NCBI GenBank assembly: GCA_965223705.1
Contig: OZ245015.1
Span: forward strand, 224,001 to 288,000
Reading direction: 5' to 3'
Length of the DNA stretch: 64,000 nucleotides
DNA from: Myxococcota bacterium
Lineage (GTDB): Bacteria; Myxococcota_A; UBA9160; UBA6930
Shown here: in pieces, positions 1-10,390 of the stretch
Layout of the letters: each line of letters starts with the position of its first letter
Position numbering within the stretch: position 1 is the stretch's first letter
Made by a program: the position numbers and the translations under genes
Notes under the pieces: model-generated
Told to the model about the DNA's origin: nothing
The model's input: the letters and a program-made list of their open reading frames with translations, nothing else
Databases searched by the model: none

Positions 1-1679
<1,679 letters not shown>

Positions 1680-1876
1680 GGCCCCGAGCTGGGGCGATTC
1701 GCCCTCGTCAGAAAAAGCCCTACGCAGCCATCCGTATTTTTCCTTCAGAGACCGGCAAAAAGACCTTCAGTGGTTTCCCGAGTGGTCGAAGAGATCCCAT
1801 GTGAGCGCAATACCTGAGGCCGGAATCAGGGTTTTACCGGGGACGCGCTCGGGACTCTTACGGAGGGGAAACTTCG

Positions 1877-2482
1877 ATGGCATCCGTCGCACCGCTCAGC
1901 GTTCTCATCGCCGACCCGGATCAGCGCAATGCGCGCCCGATCCAGAGCTTTCTCGAGGGCGAGGGCTATCAGGTCACGGTTCTCGAAGATCCCACCCGCA
2001 CCGCCGAGACCGTGAAAGAGGGGCGCTACCAGATGGTGTTCCTCGATGTTTCGGAGCTCGAAGAGGGCGGCCTCTCGGCGATCCGTGAAGTCCGCGGTCT
2101 CGACGACGACTTGTGCATTATCTGCACGACCCGCGAGCCCGATCTCGACGCCGCCGTCGCCGCGATGAAGCACCGCGTCTTCGACTATCTGCAACACCCC
2201 GTCGAATCCGGTGCGCTCAAGCAGGTCGTCGGGGACGCCATCAAGGAGCACGGGCTCCTGGCCAATATTGAGGACCGTCTCAACCATCTGGTCGGTGAGC
2301 GCGTGCGGATTCGACGCCACGAGCTGGGTCTCACCCTGCGTCAGGTCGCCAACCGAACCGCGCTTTCTGTGAGCTTGATCTCACAGATCGAGCTGGGACG
2401 GAGCGCGGCGTCCGTGTTGACGCTCTACAAGCTCTCGGCCGCCCTCGGCGTGCCCATTCCGTACTTTTTCCACACGGTGTAG
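1877..2482 (+). CDS. Response regulator, receiver domain plus C-terminal XRE-family HTH
   Basis: SD GGAGG upstream; REC motifs VLIAD, MVFLD; HTH RRHELGLTLRQVANRTALSVSLISQIELG. Confidence 0.85.
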   Translation: MASVAPLSVLIADPDQRNARPIQSFLEGEGYQVTVLEDPTRTAETVKEGRYQMVFLDVSELEEGGLSAIREVRGLDDDLCIICTTREPDLDAAVAAMKHRVFDYLQHPVESGALKQVVGDAIKEHGLLANIEDRLNHLVGERVRIRRHELGLTLRQVANRTALSVSLISQIELGRSAASVLTLYKLSAALGVPIPYFFHTV

Positions 2483-2543
2483 CCCCGCCTGAGCGTAGGT
2501 GTACGGCCTCGCTAGGCCGGATCGGCAAGGCTAGCTTCTCGCG

Positions 2544-3665
2544 ATGCGAAGCGTCGAAGGCGTCAAGCCCCGCCCCGGCCTCTCGGTCCCGGTGGTCACC
2601 ATCGTCGACGACGACGGTCAGCTGATCGAAGAAGATCAACGCGCCGTCGTCCGCCACGTCATTCAAGACGGCTACGGCGCCGACGTCGTGTTCTCCGCCG
2701 GAACCACCGGCGAATGGGATCGTCTGCCGCCGGACGTGATGCGTCAGACGATCCGCGTGTGCACAGAGGAAGTCGCTAAAGAGAACGCTCGAACCGGTGA
2801 CGGCCTCGGCACGCCCGTCGAAGCATGGGCAGGGGTGACGTCGGGCTCACCCGAAGAAACCCTCGAAACGCTCGATTTCGCGATTGCCGCCGGCGCCGAC
2901 GCAGCGGTCCTCGCTCCGCTATCGATCCGCGGTGTCGAAGATCCCGTGCGTTTCGTCGCGCGCGACGTCGCCGATCTCCTCGATGCGCGTCCGCGACGGA
3001 TCCCGATCTATCTCTACGACAACGCCAACATCGCCGTCGACCCGAACATTCCCCACATTCGCACGCGCCAAGTCAAAGCGATGTCGCGTCTCGATTTCGT
3101 TCGGGGCATCAAAGTCTCGGCGCCGAAGAAGGTGCTCGGCAATTACACGAAAGCCGCGGAGAGCTTTCGCGAACGCGGTGAGTTCGGCATCTACGTCGGC
3201 GACGCGATGCTGATCTTCGATCTGTTCCGACCGCGCAGCGGTTGGTTTGGTGTGCTGGCCGAACATTGGCAGCGGCGCATGTTGCGCGGAACGGTACCGG
3301 TCGGTGTCGTGGCCGGCCCGGCGAACGCGCTTCCCCGCGAATGGGCGCGCGCTTGGCAGCTGTGTCGCGCGGGGGACGCGGAGCGCATGGATCGCGTGCA
3401 GTCGGTACTCACGCGATTTCGCGACGGGACCCGTTCTGCTGCCGGAAAGCGGAGTATCGCCTGCCTGAAGCGGGCACTCCTCCTCGCGGGGGTTACGAAG
3501 AGCGACCGCGTGGCACCCGGGACACCGGTGTTGTCGCGTCCCGATGTCGAACGCTTTGACGCCGTGTGGGAAGACGTTCGCGCACTGGCACGCGAGCAGT
3601 TGGTTCCGACCTGGGTGTCGCGCTTGTCGTCCGACGCCGATGACATCGGGGCGCAGACCTCGTGA
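2544..3665 (+). CDS. DHDPS/NAL-superfamily class I aldolase
   Basis: GTTGEW, GADAAVLAP, IYLYDN, GIK(V)S Schiff-base Lys motif. Confidence 0.8.
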   Translation: MRSVEGVKPRPGLSVPVVTIVDDDGQLIEEDQRAVVRHVIQDGYGADVVFSAGTTGEWDRLPPDVMRQTIRVCTEEVAKENARTGDGLGTPVEAWAGVTSGSPEETLETLDFAIAAGADAAVLAPLSIRGVEDPVRFVARDVADLLDARPRRIPIYLYDNANIAVDPNIPHIRTRQVKAMSRLDFVRGIKVSAPKKVLGNYTKAAESFRERGEFGIYVGDAMLIFDLFRPRSGWFGVLAEHWQRRMLRGTVPVGVVAGPANALPREWARAWQLCRAGDAERMDRVQSVLTRFRDGTRSAAGKRSIACLKRALLLAGVTKSDRVAPGTPVLSRPDVERFDAVWEDVRALAREQLVPTWVSRLSSDADDIGAQTS

Positions 3666-4255
3666 GCGAGGCCCTCGATACCTTCGACGTCATCGTCGAA
3701 GAGCTCGCAACGTTGCGGGGCGAGCTCGACCCCGAGGCCTTCGATCGGGCGTGCGCCATGATCCGAGACGCCGGGGCGAAGAGTGGCCGCGTGCACGTCA
3801 CGGGAATCGGTAAATCCGAACACGTCGCGCGCTACGCCGCCGCGCTGCTTGCGGCGACCGGTACACCGACCAGTTTTTTAGCGGGCGCCGAGATCGGGCA
3901 CGGTAGTGCTGGCCAGGTCGTCCGCGGCGACATCGTGATCGCGATCAGCAACAGCGGCGAAACGGACGAGCTGCGCACCGGAATCGAAGCGGTACTCCGT
4001 CTCGGGGCGCGGCTTCTCGCGGTGAGCGGTTCCCCCGGTTCCTGGCTCGCCCGCCAGGCGGAGACGCATTTGATCGCCGGGGTCGCGCGTGAAGGAGGTG
4101 GCCTCGGTCTCGCGCCGCGCGCGAGCGCCGCCGCGCAGCTCGTGGTCTTGGCCGCTCTGTCCGCAGCACTCGAGCGAGAGCAGGGCTTCACCCGGAGTGA
4201 TTTTCACGCCCGCCACCCGGCTGGTTCGTTGGGCAAGAAGACAGCCAGCGACTAG
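3662..4255 (+). CDS. SIS-domain sugar-phosphate isomerase (KdsD/GutQ-like, no CBS domains)
   Basis: VHVTGIGKSEHVAR, HG, AISNSGET, GLAP, FHARHPAGSLGKK; GTGA overlap with upstream gene. Confidence 0.85.
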   Translation: MSEALDTFDVIVEELATLRGELDPEAFDRACAMIRDAGAKSGRVHVTGIGKSEHVARYAAALLAATGTPTSFLAGAEIGHGSAGQVVRGDIVIAISNSGETDELRTGIEAVLRLGARLLAVSGSPGSWLARQAETHLIAGVAREGGGLGLAPRASAAAQLVVLAALSAALEREQGFTRSDFHARHPAGSLGKKTASD

Positions 4256-4275
4256 AATTGGCGATCCCAAGGTTC

Positions 4276-4351
4276 GGGGCCGTAGCTCAATTGGGAGAGC
4301 GCCGCGTTCGCAACGCGGAGGTTGGCGGTTCGATCCCGCTCGGCTCCACCA
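4276..4351 (+). tRNA. tRNA-Ala (anticodon CGC)
   Basis: 76-nt cloverleaf GGGGCCG...CGGCTCC-A-CCA, G3:U70 pair, anticodon stem CCGCG/CGCGG with loop TTCGCAA, T-loop TTCGATC. Confidence 0.97.
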
Positions 4352-4453
4352 CCACTTTCCTTCGCACCCGACGTAAGATGCCCTCGCGACGAATTCAGGG
4401 ACGAGGTTGCCCGAGCTATGGCGCGCCTTGCGAACTAGGGAGGAGTTTCAAGA

Positions 4454-5275
4454 GTGAACCGGCTACAGGGAAAGCTCGCACTGGTTACCGGGGCGGCGAC
4501 CGGCATCGGCGCCGCGATCGCGCGGCGTTTTCACGAAGAAGGCGCGCAAGTGCTCATCAACGATTTGCGGGCGGACGCCGCGGAGGCGGTGGCCTCCGAA
4601 GTCGGTGGGCGCGGCTATGGGGCGGATGTCTCGGATTCCGGGGCCGTGGCGCGGATGTTCGGACAGATCGAACACGACTACGGTCGGCTCGACATCCTGG
4701 TGAACAACGCCGGCATCGGTGTCGACGGCGACCCCGAACTGGAGAAGCGCATGAACGAGGTGCCGGTCAAACAAGCGACGGAGTTCTCGGCGGGAGAGCC
4801 GGTGGCCAGTCACTGGGACATGACCGTCGAAATGAGCGACGAACATTGGCGACGCATGATCGGGATCCACCTCGATGGCACGTTTTTCTGCTGTCGCGAA
4901 GCCCTCAAAATCATGAACCCGCAGATGAGCGGAGCCATCATCAATATGGGTTCTGTGATGGGCACTGCGGGTGGCGCCGGGGCGAGCCACTACTGCGCGG
5001 CGAAGGCCGGCATCATGGGCTTCACGCGTTCACTCGCGCGGGAAGTGGCGTCGCGCAATATCCGCGTGAACGCGCTCGCGCCTGGGTTCATCGACACGGA
5101 GATGACCCAACCCCTACAAGCCTCGCGCCGCCTCATCGAAGCGGCCCACGTGATGGGCCGCTTCGGCGACGTCGACGACATCGCCTGGGGTGCGGTCTAT
5201 CTGGCGAGCGACGAGGCGAAGTTCATGACCGGGCAGGTGCTGTCACCGAACGGGGGTTTCCACATGAGCCAGTAG
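4454..5275 (+). CDS. Short-chain dehydrogenase/reductase (FabG-like)
   Basis: TGAATGIG, NNAGI, YCAAK, VNALAPGFIDT; SD GGAGG. Confidence 0.92.
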   Translation: MNRLQGKLALVTGAATGIGAAIARRFHEEGAQVLINDLRADAAEAVASEVGGRGYGADVSDSGAVARMFGQIEHDYGRLDILVNNAGIGVDGDPELEKRMNEVPVKQATEFSAGEPVASHWDMTVEMSDEHWRRMIGIHLDGTFFCCREALKIMNPQMSGAIINMGSVMGTAGGAGASHYCAAKAGIMGFTRSLAREVASRNIRVNALAPGFIDTEMTQPLQASRRLIEAAHVMGRFGDVDDIAWGAVYLASDEAKFMTGQVLSPNGGFHMSQ

Positions 5276-5285
5276 AGCGCGAGCT

Positions 5286-6182
5286 CTACTCGAGAGCTTC
5301 CGAAAGCAGCTCCACGAGAACGTCCCGGCTTGCTCGCTTCCACCCGGAGACCTGTACCGAGGTGACATTCAAGGCGGAGCCCGTCGCTCCCGCGTCGCAC
5401 TCGATCACAAAACTCGTTCCGGCGTTGCCGCCGTTGGTCCCGATTTGCTGCGCGCTGTTTACGAGAGAGCCGTCCGACGCCAGACCCAGCAGGTCGAATA
5501 CAATCGCGGGCTCGCCGTTCAACAAGTTTCCCGACTTGGCTCCCTGAGACGAGCCTTCGATCGAATAGGTTCCGACAAACACGCGATCGTCGGCAATGTC
5601 GTCGGACCCACTTACCCGAATCCGAACGGAGGTCAGCATCACCGGCTCGTTGGAGAGCACGCGGACGTTGACGAATCCGCTCGAGCCCCCGACAGCATCA
5701 CACACGACCGCGTCGGTCTCTTCTTCGTGAAACGGGATGTACTGGTCGTCGCCGCTGACCGGCGGATCATCCGGATCGAGGGCGATTGCCGTCGGCAGCC
5801 CATCCGAGCTTTCCCCGGTGACGTTTCCCGAATAATCCTCCTGTTTGAAGACCATCCGTATTCTGACCTCCGCTCCACCCGTCGACGCTCGGCAATAGAA
5901 CGGTCCTTTTGCGGCCGATAGGGACTGATGCGGAAGGCTAAAGGAACCGCCGGGAGGCAGATCGGCGAGGAGGTCCGCGACGACGGCCTCTGAGGTCGCA
6001 TCGATGATCTCGATAACGACCGAGATGAGTCCAGCGTCGTCGTTCACCACGGTGCAGACGCCGCGACCAATATAGTTGAGGTTGATCGTCCCAGACGTGA
6101 GCTCCGTAGCGTGACTCACGTTGGGCAGTAGTAAGAGAGCTAACGGGAAAGCCCAGGCGGGTAGTCGGTGGGGGATGCGCAT
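5286..6182 (-). CDS. Hypothetical secreted protein, atypical base composition
   Basis: SD GGAG before ATG 6182; signal peptide MRIPHRLPAWAFPLALLLLPNVSHA; beta-rich with several Cys; lower GC than flanks. Confidence 0.7.
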   Translation of the reverse strand: MRIPHRLPAWAFPLALLLLPNVSHATELTSGTINLNYIGRGVCTVVNDDAGLISVVIEIIDATSEAVVADLLADLPPGGSFSLPHQSLSAAKGPFYCRASTGGAEVRIRMVFKQEDYSGNVTGESSDGLPTAIALDPDDPPVSGDDQYIPFHEEETDAVVCDAVGGSSGFVNVRVLSNEPVMLTSVRIRVSGSDDIADDRVFVGTYSIEGSSQGAKSGNLLNGEPAIVFDLLGLASDGSLVNSAQQIGTNGGNAGTSFVIECDAGATGSALNVTSVQVSGWKRASRDVLVELLSEALE

Positions 6183-6217
6183 TGTGTACTCCAGCAGTGT
6201 CCCGCCCCCCGACTGCG

Positions 6218-7384
6218 CTAAGCAGGATAACTTTGAGGGGTGTTCGAGGCTAGACGGCTGGGCCGTTGCCTCACCCGAGGCGAGACGCAGAGTTCTCGGA
6301 ACAGCGCGTCCCAGCGGGCGGCGGCGACCGGAACGCTGTAGTGATCGAGAGCGCGCTGCCTTCCCGCGCGCGCGAGCCCGTGAGCGAGTGCGGGTTCGCG
6401 AAGCAAGCGTCGCAGTTGTGCGTACCATGCACCCTCGTCAGCGGCGAGTAGACCCGCGCGACCATGATCGAGAACTTCGGCCGTCGTACCGACCGGGCTC
6501 GCCACGACGGGAACGCCGCAGGACATGTACTGAATCGCCTTGAGGGCGCATTTACCCTGCGACCAAGTGGTGTCGGCCAGCGGCATGAGGCCGATGTCGA
6601 ACTCCGAGATGCGCTGCCATTCATCCGCTGCGTCGGTGCGGCGAAACGGTTCGCATTCGACCGTTACGCCCGGGCAGTCGAAAGAGCGCAAGCCCAAGAA
6701 GCGAAGCGTAAACCGCTCTTCTTCGGCGAGACGATGAAGCGCGCCGCGGATCGCGGCCAGATACGGCGCACCCGATGGCGCTCCGTACCATCCGATCACC
6801 GGCGGGTCGCCGCGGCGATCGAGGGGCTTCGCCAAGGCGCGCGCATCCACTACGGTGGGAATGACCTCGACCGATCGCGCGTGTTGTCGCGCATAAGCCG
6901 CCAGGATCGAATTCCCGGCGACCACGCGATCGCAACGCGCCAGCTGCTCCGGGAGAGCTCGATCCCGGCGCATCACGCGCTCGGAAACGCGGCGCAGGGC
7001 GCCCCCGCGGTCGCGCCGAGCGTACACGGCGTCGTCGAAGTCGTAGACGATGGGGACGCGAACCCTCGTCAGGGCGCGCCATAAACCAAAGGGAAGCACT
7101 TCCTTTTGAATCCACAGCGCGTCCCAGCGGTTCGCGGTGGCGAGGGCGAGCGCGCGCCTCGAGACCCGTAGTGGGAGCCGCGCAGCCGCGAGCCCGGCGC
7201 GCACCGGGGTCGGCAACGGCCGCACGCCGTATTCGACATCGAGCGTCTGGTCGCCCACCAACGGGACCGCGGTTACCGAGATGCCCCGTCGGCGGAGCTC
7301 CGGCACGAGTTGGTGGACCCGAAACCTCGCGCTCGGCTCGCGATCGGTACCCGTGGTCAAGCAGAGAACGCGCAACGGCTGCAT
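6218..7384 (-). CDS. Glycosyltransferase family 4
   Basis: SARFRV, VYDFDDAVY, IGWYG, FDIGLMPL, KCALKAIQYMSCGVPVVASPVG. Confidence 0.9.
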   Translation of the reverse strand: MQPLRVLCLTTGTDREPSARFRVHQLVPELRRRGISVTAVPLVGDQTLDVEYGVRPLPTPVRAGLAAARLPLRVSRRALALATANRWDALWIQKEVLPFGLWRALTRVRVPIVYDFDDAVYARRDRGGALRRVSERVMRRDRALPEQLARCDRVVAGNSILAAYARQHARSVEVIPTVVDARALAKPLDRRGDPPVIGWYGAPSGAPYLAAIRGALHRLAEEERFTLRFLGLRSFDCPGVTVECEPFRRTDAADEWQRISEFDIGLMPLADTTWSQGKCALKAIQYMSCGVPVVASPVGTTAEVLDHGRAGLLAADEGAWYAQLRRLLREPALAHGLARAGRQRALDHYSVPVAAARWDALFRELCVSPRVRQRPSRLASNTPQSYPA

Positions 7385-7481
7385 CAAGCCCCCGAATTCG
7401 GTGGAAAAAGGAGTCCCAGGGGTTTTCGGCGTTTCCCGACGAGCTCTTGAGGTCGGAAAGCGTCTCAGCGAGGCTCTCCCT

Positions 7482-8573
7482 GTGGGCGAGGAAGAAGTCG
7501 TCGAGCGGCCGGCCGAACCGATTCCGGCAGTGGTGATGGCCGGAGACCGCGGTGCGGCCAAGGCCGTGGCCGGCCAGAGCAAACCCTATCTAGAACTCGC
7601 CGGGCGGAGCCTCGTCGCGCACGCGGTGGCGGTCCTCCAGAACGTGCCCGAGATCTCTGAAGTCTGGGCAGTCGGCGACGCCAAGAGGCTCGAAGGCGCG
7701 CTGTCCCGCGTGTCTTCGGTTCTGACGAAGCCCCTCCGCATCGTCCCGCAGTTTCGCAACCTCTACGAGAACGCGTGGCTGACCTACCGCCGGGCGCAAC
7801 CGGGAGCGGGTCCCGAGGGTCGCGACCCCAGTGAGGCGGAGGCCCGCAGGCCCTTCCTCTACATGTCCGCGGATATCCCCTTCGCGACGCCCCAGGAAAT
7901 TCGCGCGTTCATTTCTCGCAGTCGCGAGGCTTCTTGCGATTACGCGCTCGGCCTCTCCGAAGCTTCGGCCCTGCGCTCTTTCGGCGATGACGAACCCGCC
8001 TTCCAGACGGCGTACTTCAACCTGCGGGAGGGACGATTTCGCCAGAACAACCTGCATCTCGTGAAACCCGCGAGGATCGGTCGGCGTCAGTTGATTGGCG
8101 AGATGTACCGACATCGCTACCAGCGCGAGCTGGGGAATGCCCTGGCCCTCGCCTGGCAGACGTTCCGGCGGGAAGGTGGCGGTGCCCCCGTCCTCTATTA
8201 CTACGCTCTGATGCACGTCGCGGGTTGGTTCGATCGACGAGGGATGCGGCGCGCGGCCGATCGTTTGCGTCGCGGCGTCTCGCTTCCGAAAGTGGAGTCG
8301 TGTATCTCGAGCCTTCTGGGGACGGAGTTCCGATTCGTCGTCACCGACATGGGTGGGTGCGCGCTCGATATCGACAACGCGGCACAGTGGGATGCGGCGC
8401 GGTCGCGCTACGAGATATGGCTCGAACGCCAGAAACGCTCCGCCGAAAATCTCTACGGCGCGATGCCGTCGCAAGCCGTCGGTCTCTACCGACCGGAAGT
8501 CGTGGCCACGGAACAGAGTCACGAAGACGGTTGGTACGTACCCAACGAACCGAATAGCGAGGAACGCCCGTGA
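7482..8573 (+). CDS. Nucleotidyltransferase-like protein (MobA/NTP_transf_3-type)
   Basis: AVVMAG...SKPYLELAGRSLV, YMSADIPF; start codon uncertain. Confidence 0.7.
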   Translation: MGEEEVVERPAEPIPAVVMAGDRGAAKAVAGQSKPYLELAGRSLVAHAVAVLQNVPEISEVWAVGDAKRLEGALSRVSSVLTKPLRIVPQFRNLYENAWLTYRRAQPGAGPEGRDPSEAEARRPFLYMSADIPFATPQEIRAFISRSREASCDYALGLSEASALRSFGDDEPAFQTAYFNLREGRFRQNNLHLVKPARIGRRQLIGEMYRHRYQRELGNALALAWQTFRREGGGAPVLYYYALMHVAGWFDRRGMRRAADRLRRGVSLPKVESCISSLLGTEFRFVVTDMGGCALDIDNAAQWDAARSRYEIWLERQKRSAENLYGAMPSQAVGLYRPEVVATEQSHEDGWYVPNEPNSEERP

Positions 8574-9514
8574 GCTCACCCGTCTGTACTTGGTACCCGC
8601 TTCCCCACCGCGGGGTGATCGCCATCCGCGGGGGTGACCGTGTCCGCTGGCTCAACGGGATGATCACGAATGAAGTCGCCGACCTCGGGGACGAGCAGAA
8701 CGTTCGGCGCGCGCTGCTCCTGTCTCGGCAGGGTCGCGTCTTGGCCGACTTCTACGTCATCGCTTGGGAAGAAGCGCTGTGGCTCGAGCTCGAAGCGGAG
8801 CACATCCCGGCGGTGATCGAGCACCTCGATCGGTACATCATTGCCGACGACGTCGAGCTCACCGACTGCCGCGCGGATTTCGCGCGCGCAGCTCTTGCGG
8901 GAGCGAAGGCTCGCGACGCCGTCGCAAGGGTCGCCGATGGCTCGCTGCCCGACGACCCCGGTCATGCAAAGAAGCTCGCCGTCGGGGGCGTTGACGCCGT
9001 TGTGGCGGCCTACACGTTCGGAGTTCGGGACGAACTGCAGTTTTTCGTCGCTCCCGGAGACGCGCCGCGACTCGCGGAAGTGCTCGGCGAGGTCTTGCCG
9101 GGGCTCGAACACGGCGATGTCGGTTCATGGGACGTCGCGCGCATCGAGGCGGGGACGCCGCGCCTCGGGTTCGAACTCGACGACACGGTGTTGCCGGACG
9201 AGGCCGGTCTGGGTGACGCCGTCTCGACGACCAAGGGTTGCTACACGGGTCAAGAGGTGATCGCGCGCCTGCGGTCGCGCGGGACGCTCAAACATCGGCT
9301 GGTCGGCTTGCGTTTCGCTTCCAAAGCAAAACTCGGCGATCCGCTGAGCGCCGAGGGCAAGCAGATCGGCGAAGTGACCAGTGCGACGGAGTCTCCCGGC
9401 CAGGGGTTCATCGGCCTGGGGTACGTGAAGGCCGAGCACGGCGCGCCCGGCGAAGAACTCGATTCCCCCGGCGGCCGCGTCGAGGTCGCCGCTGTGCCCT
9501 TCGAGCGCCCCTAG
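8570..9514 (+). CDS. ygfZ: Folate-binding YgfZ/GcvT-family protein
   Basis: GGDRVRWLNGMITN, RIEAG, signature KGCYTGQEVIAR. Confidence 0.88.
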   Translation: MSSPVCTWYPLPHRGVIAIRGGDRVRWLNGMITNEVADLGDEQNVRRALLLSRQGRVLADFYVIAWEEALWLELEAEHIPAVIEHLDRYIIADDVELTDCRADFARAALAGAKARDAVARVADGSLPDDPGHAKKLAVGGVDAVVAAYTFGVRDELQFFVAPGDAPRLAEVLGEVLPGLEHGDVGSWDVARIEAGTPRLGFELDDTVLPDEAGLGDAVSTTKGCYTGQEVIARLRSRGTLKHRLVGLRFASKAKLGDPLSAEGKQIGEVTSATESPGQGFIGLGYVKAEHGAPGEELDSPGGRVEVAAVPFERP

Positions 9515-9515
9515 C

Positions 9516-10190
9516 ATGGGCCCCGTCCTGGCCGTGTTCGCGAAGGCGCCTCGGCCCGGGACGGTCAAGACCCGACTCACGCCACCGCTCTTGCCGGAGG
9601 TCGCGGCGAACTTTTACGCCGCGATGCTCGCGGACACCCTGCGCGAGTCCACCCGCGCGGGGGATCGCTTCGGTTTCGCCGTCGTGCTTTTCGGCTACCC
9701 GGAAGACGGCCTTTCCGAGATGCTGGCTCTCGCGCCCGCCGGCGTGCTTCCCCGGGTGCAGCGCGGCGAAGGGCTCGGGCGGCGCATGGCGATGGCCGCG
9801 GACGAGTTGTTCGCGGCGGGCTACGGACCGGTCGTCATCCGCGGCAGCGATAGCCCCGGCGTCACGATGGAGTCGCTCGGAGACGCCTTTGCCGCTCTCG
9901 CGTCTGCGGACGTCGTACTCGGACCCGATCGCGATGGCGGCTATCACCTGGTAGGCCTCGCCCGACCCGAGCCGCGGATCTTCGAGGTCCCCATGAGCAC
10001 GCCTCGCGTATTCCAGGCCACTGAGCAGCGGGTCGCACAGCTCGGACTGCGCTGCGCCGTCCAGGCCCCGGGGTTCGATGTCGACACCGTCGAGGATCTG
10101 GTTTTTCTGCGCTCCTGCACCCCCACAACCTGTCGCGAGACGCTGGCCTTCGCCGATCGACACGACCTCTGGCGCCATCTGAACCCATAG
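9516..10190 (+). CDS. DUF2064/TIGR04282-family glycosyltransferase-like protein
   Basis: FAKAPRPGTVKTRL, QRGEGLGRRM, GSDSP, LGPDRDGGYHLVG, DVDTVEDL. Confidence 0.85.
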   Translation: MGPVLAVFAKAPRPGTVKTRLTPPLLPEVAANFYAAMLADTLRESTRAGDRFGFAVVLFGYPEDGLSEMLALAPAGVLPRVQRGEGLGRRMAMAADELFAAGYGPVVIRGSDSPGVTMESLGDAFAALASADVVLGPDRDGGYHLVGLARPEPRIFEVPMSTPRVFQATEQRVAQLGLRCAVQAPGFDVDTVEDLVFLRSCTPTTCRETLAFADRHDLWRHLNP

Positions 10191-10277
10191 TTGCCTATCG
10201 AACGGGCACGGCCTGATTCCCAAGCGAGCAGACGCCGCTCGAGTCGGGCGGCCCTGCCCGCTCCGGGCCGTTCCCTC

Positions 10278-10293
10278 TGGCACGCCCTTTGCT
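10278..10293 (+). promoter_or_regulatory. Sigma54 (-24/-12) promoter for porin-glnB
   Basis: TGGCACGCCCTTTGCT matches TGGCAC-N5-TTGCW exactly, ~100 nt before porin ATG. Confidence 0.85.
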
Positions 10294-10390
10294 CTAGCCA
10301 CATGAGGCCCGCGAACAGGACGGAGGGGTTCGTCCCTTTTCCCGGTGCCGCGCTGCGCCCAGGTAGCGCGAAAGTCAAAGGAGGAAGCAG

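Noticed and set aside
4276..6182. Integrative element at tRNA-Ala
   Set aside because: No integrase and no duplicated tRNA 3' end seen in the window.
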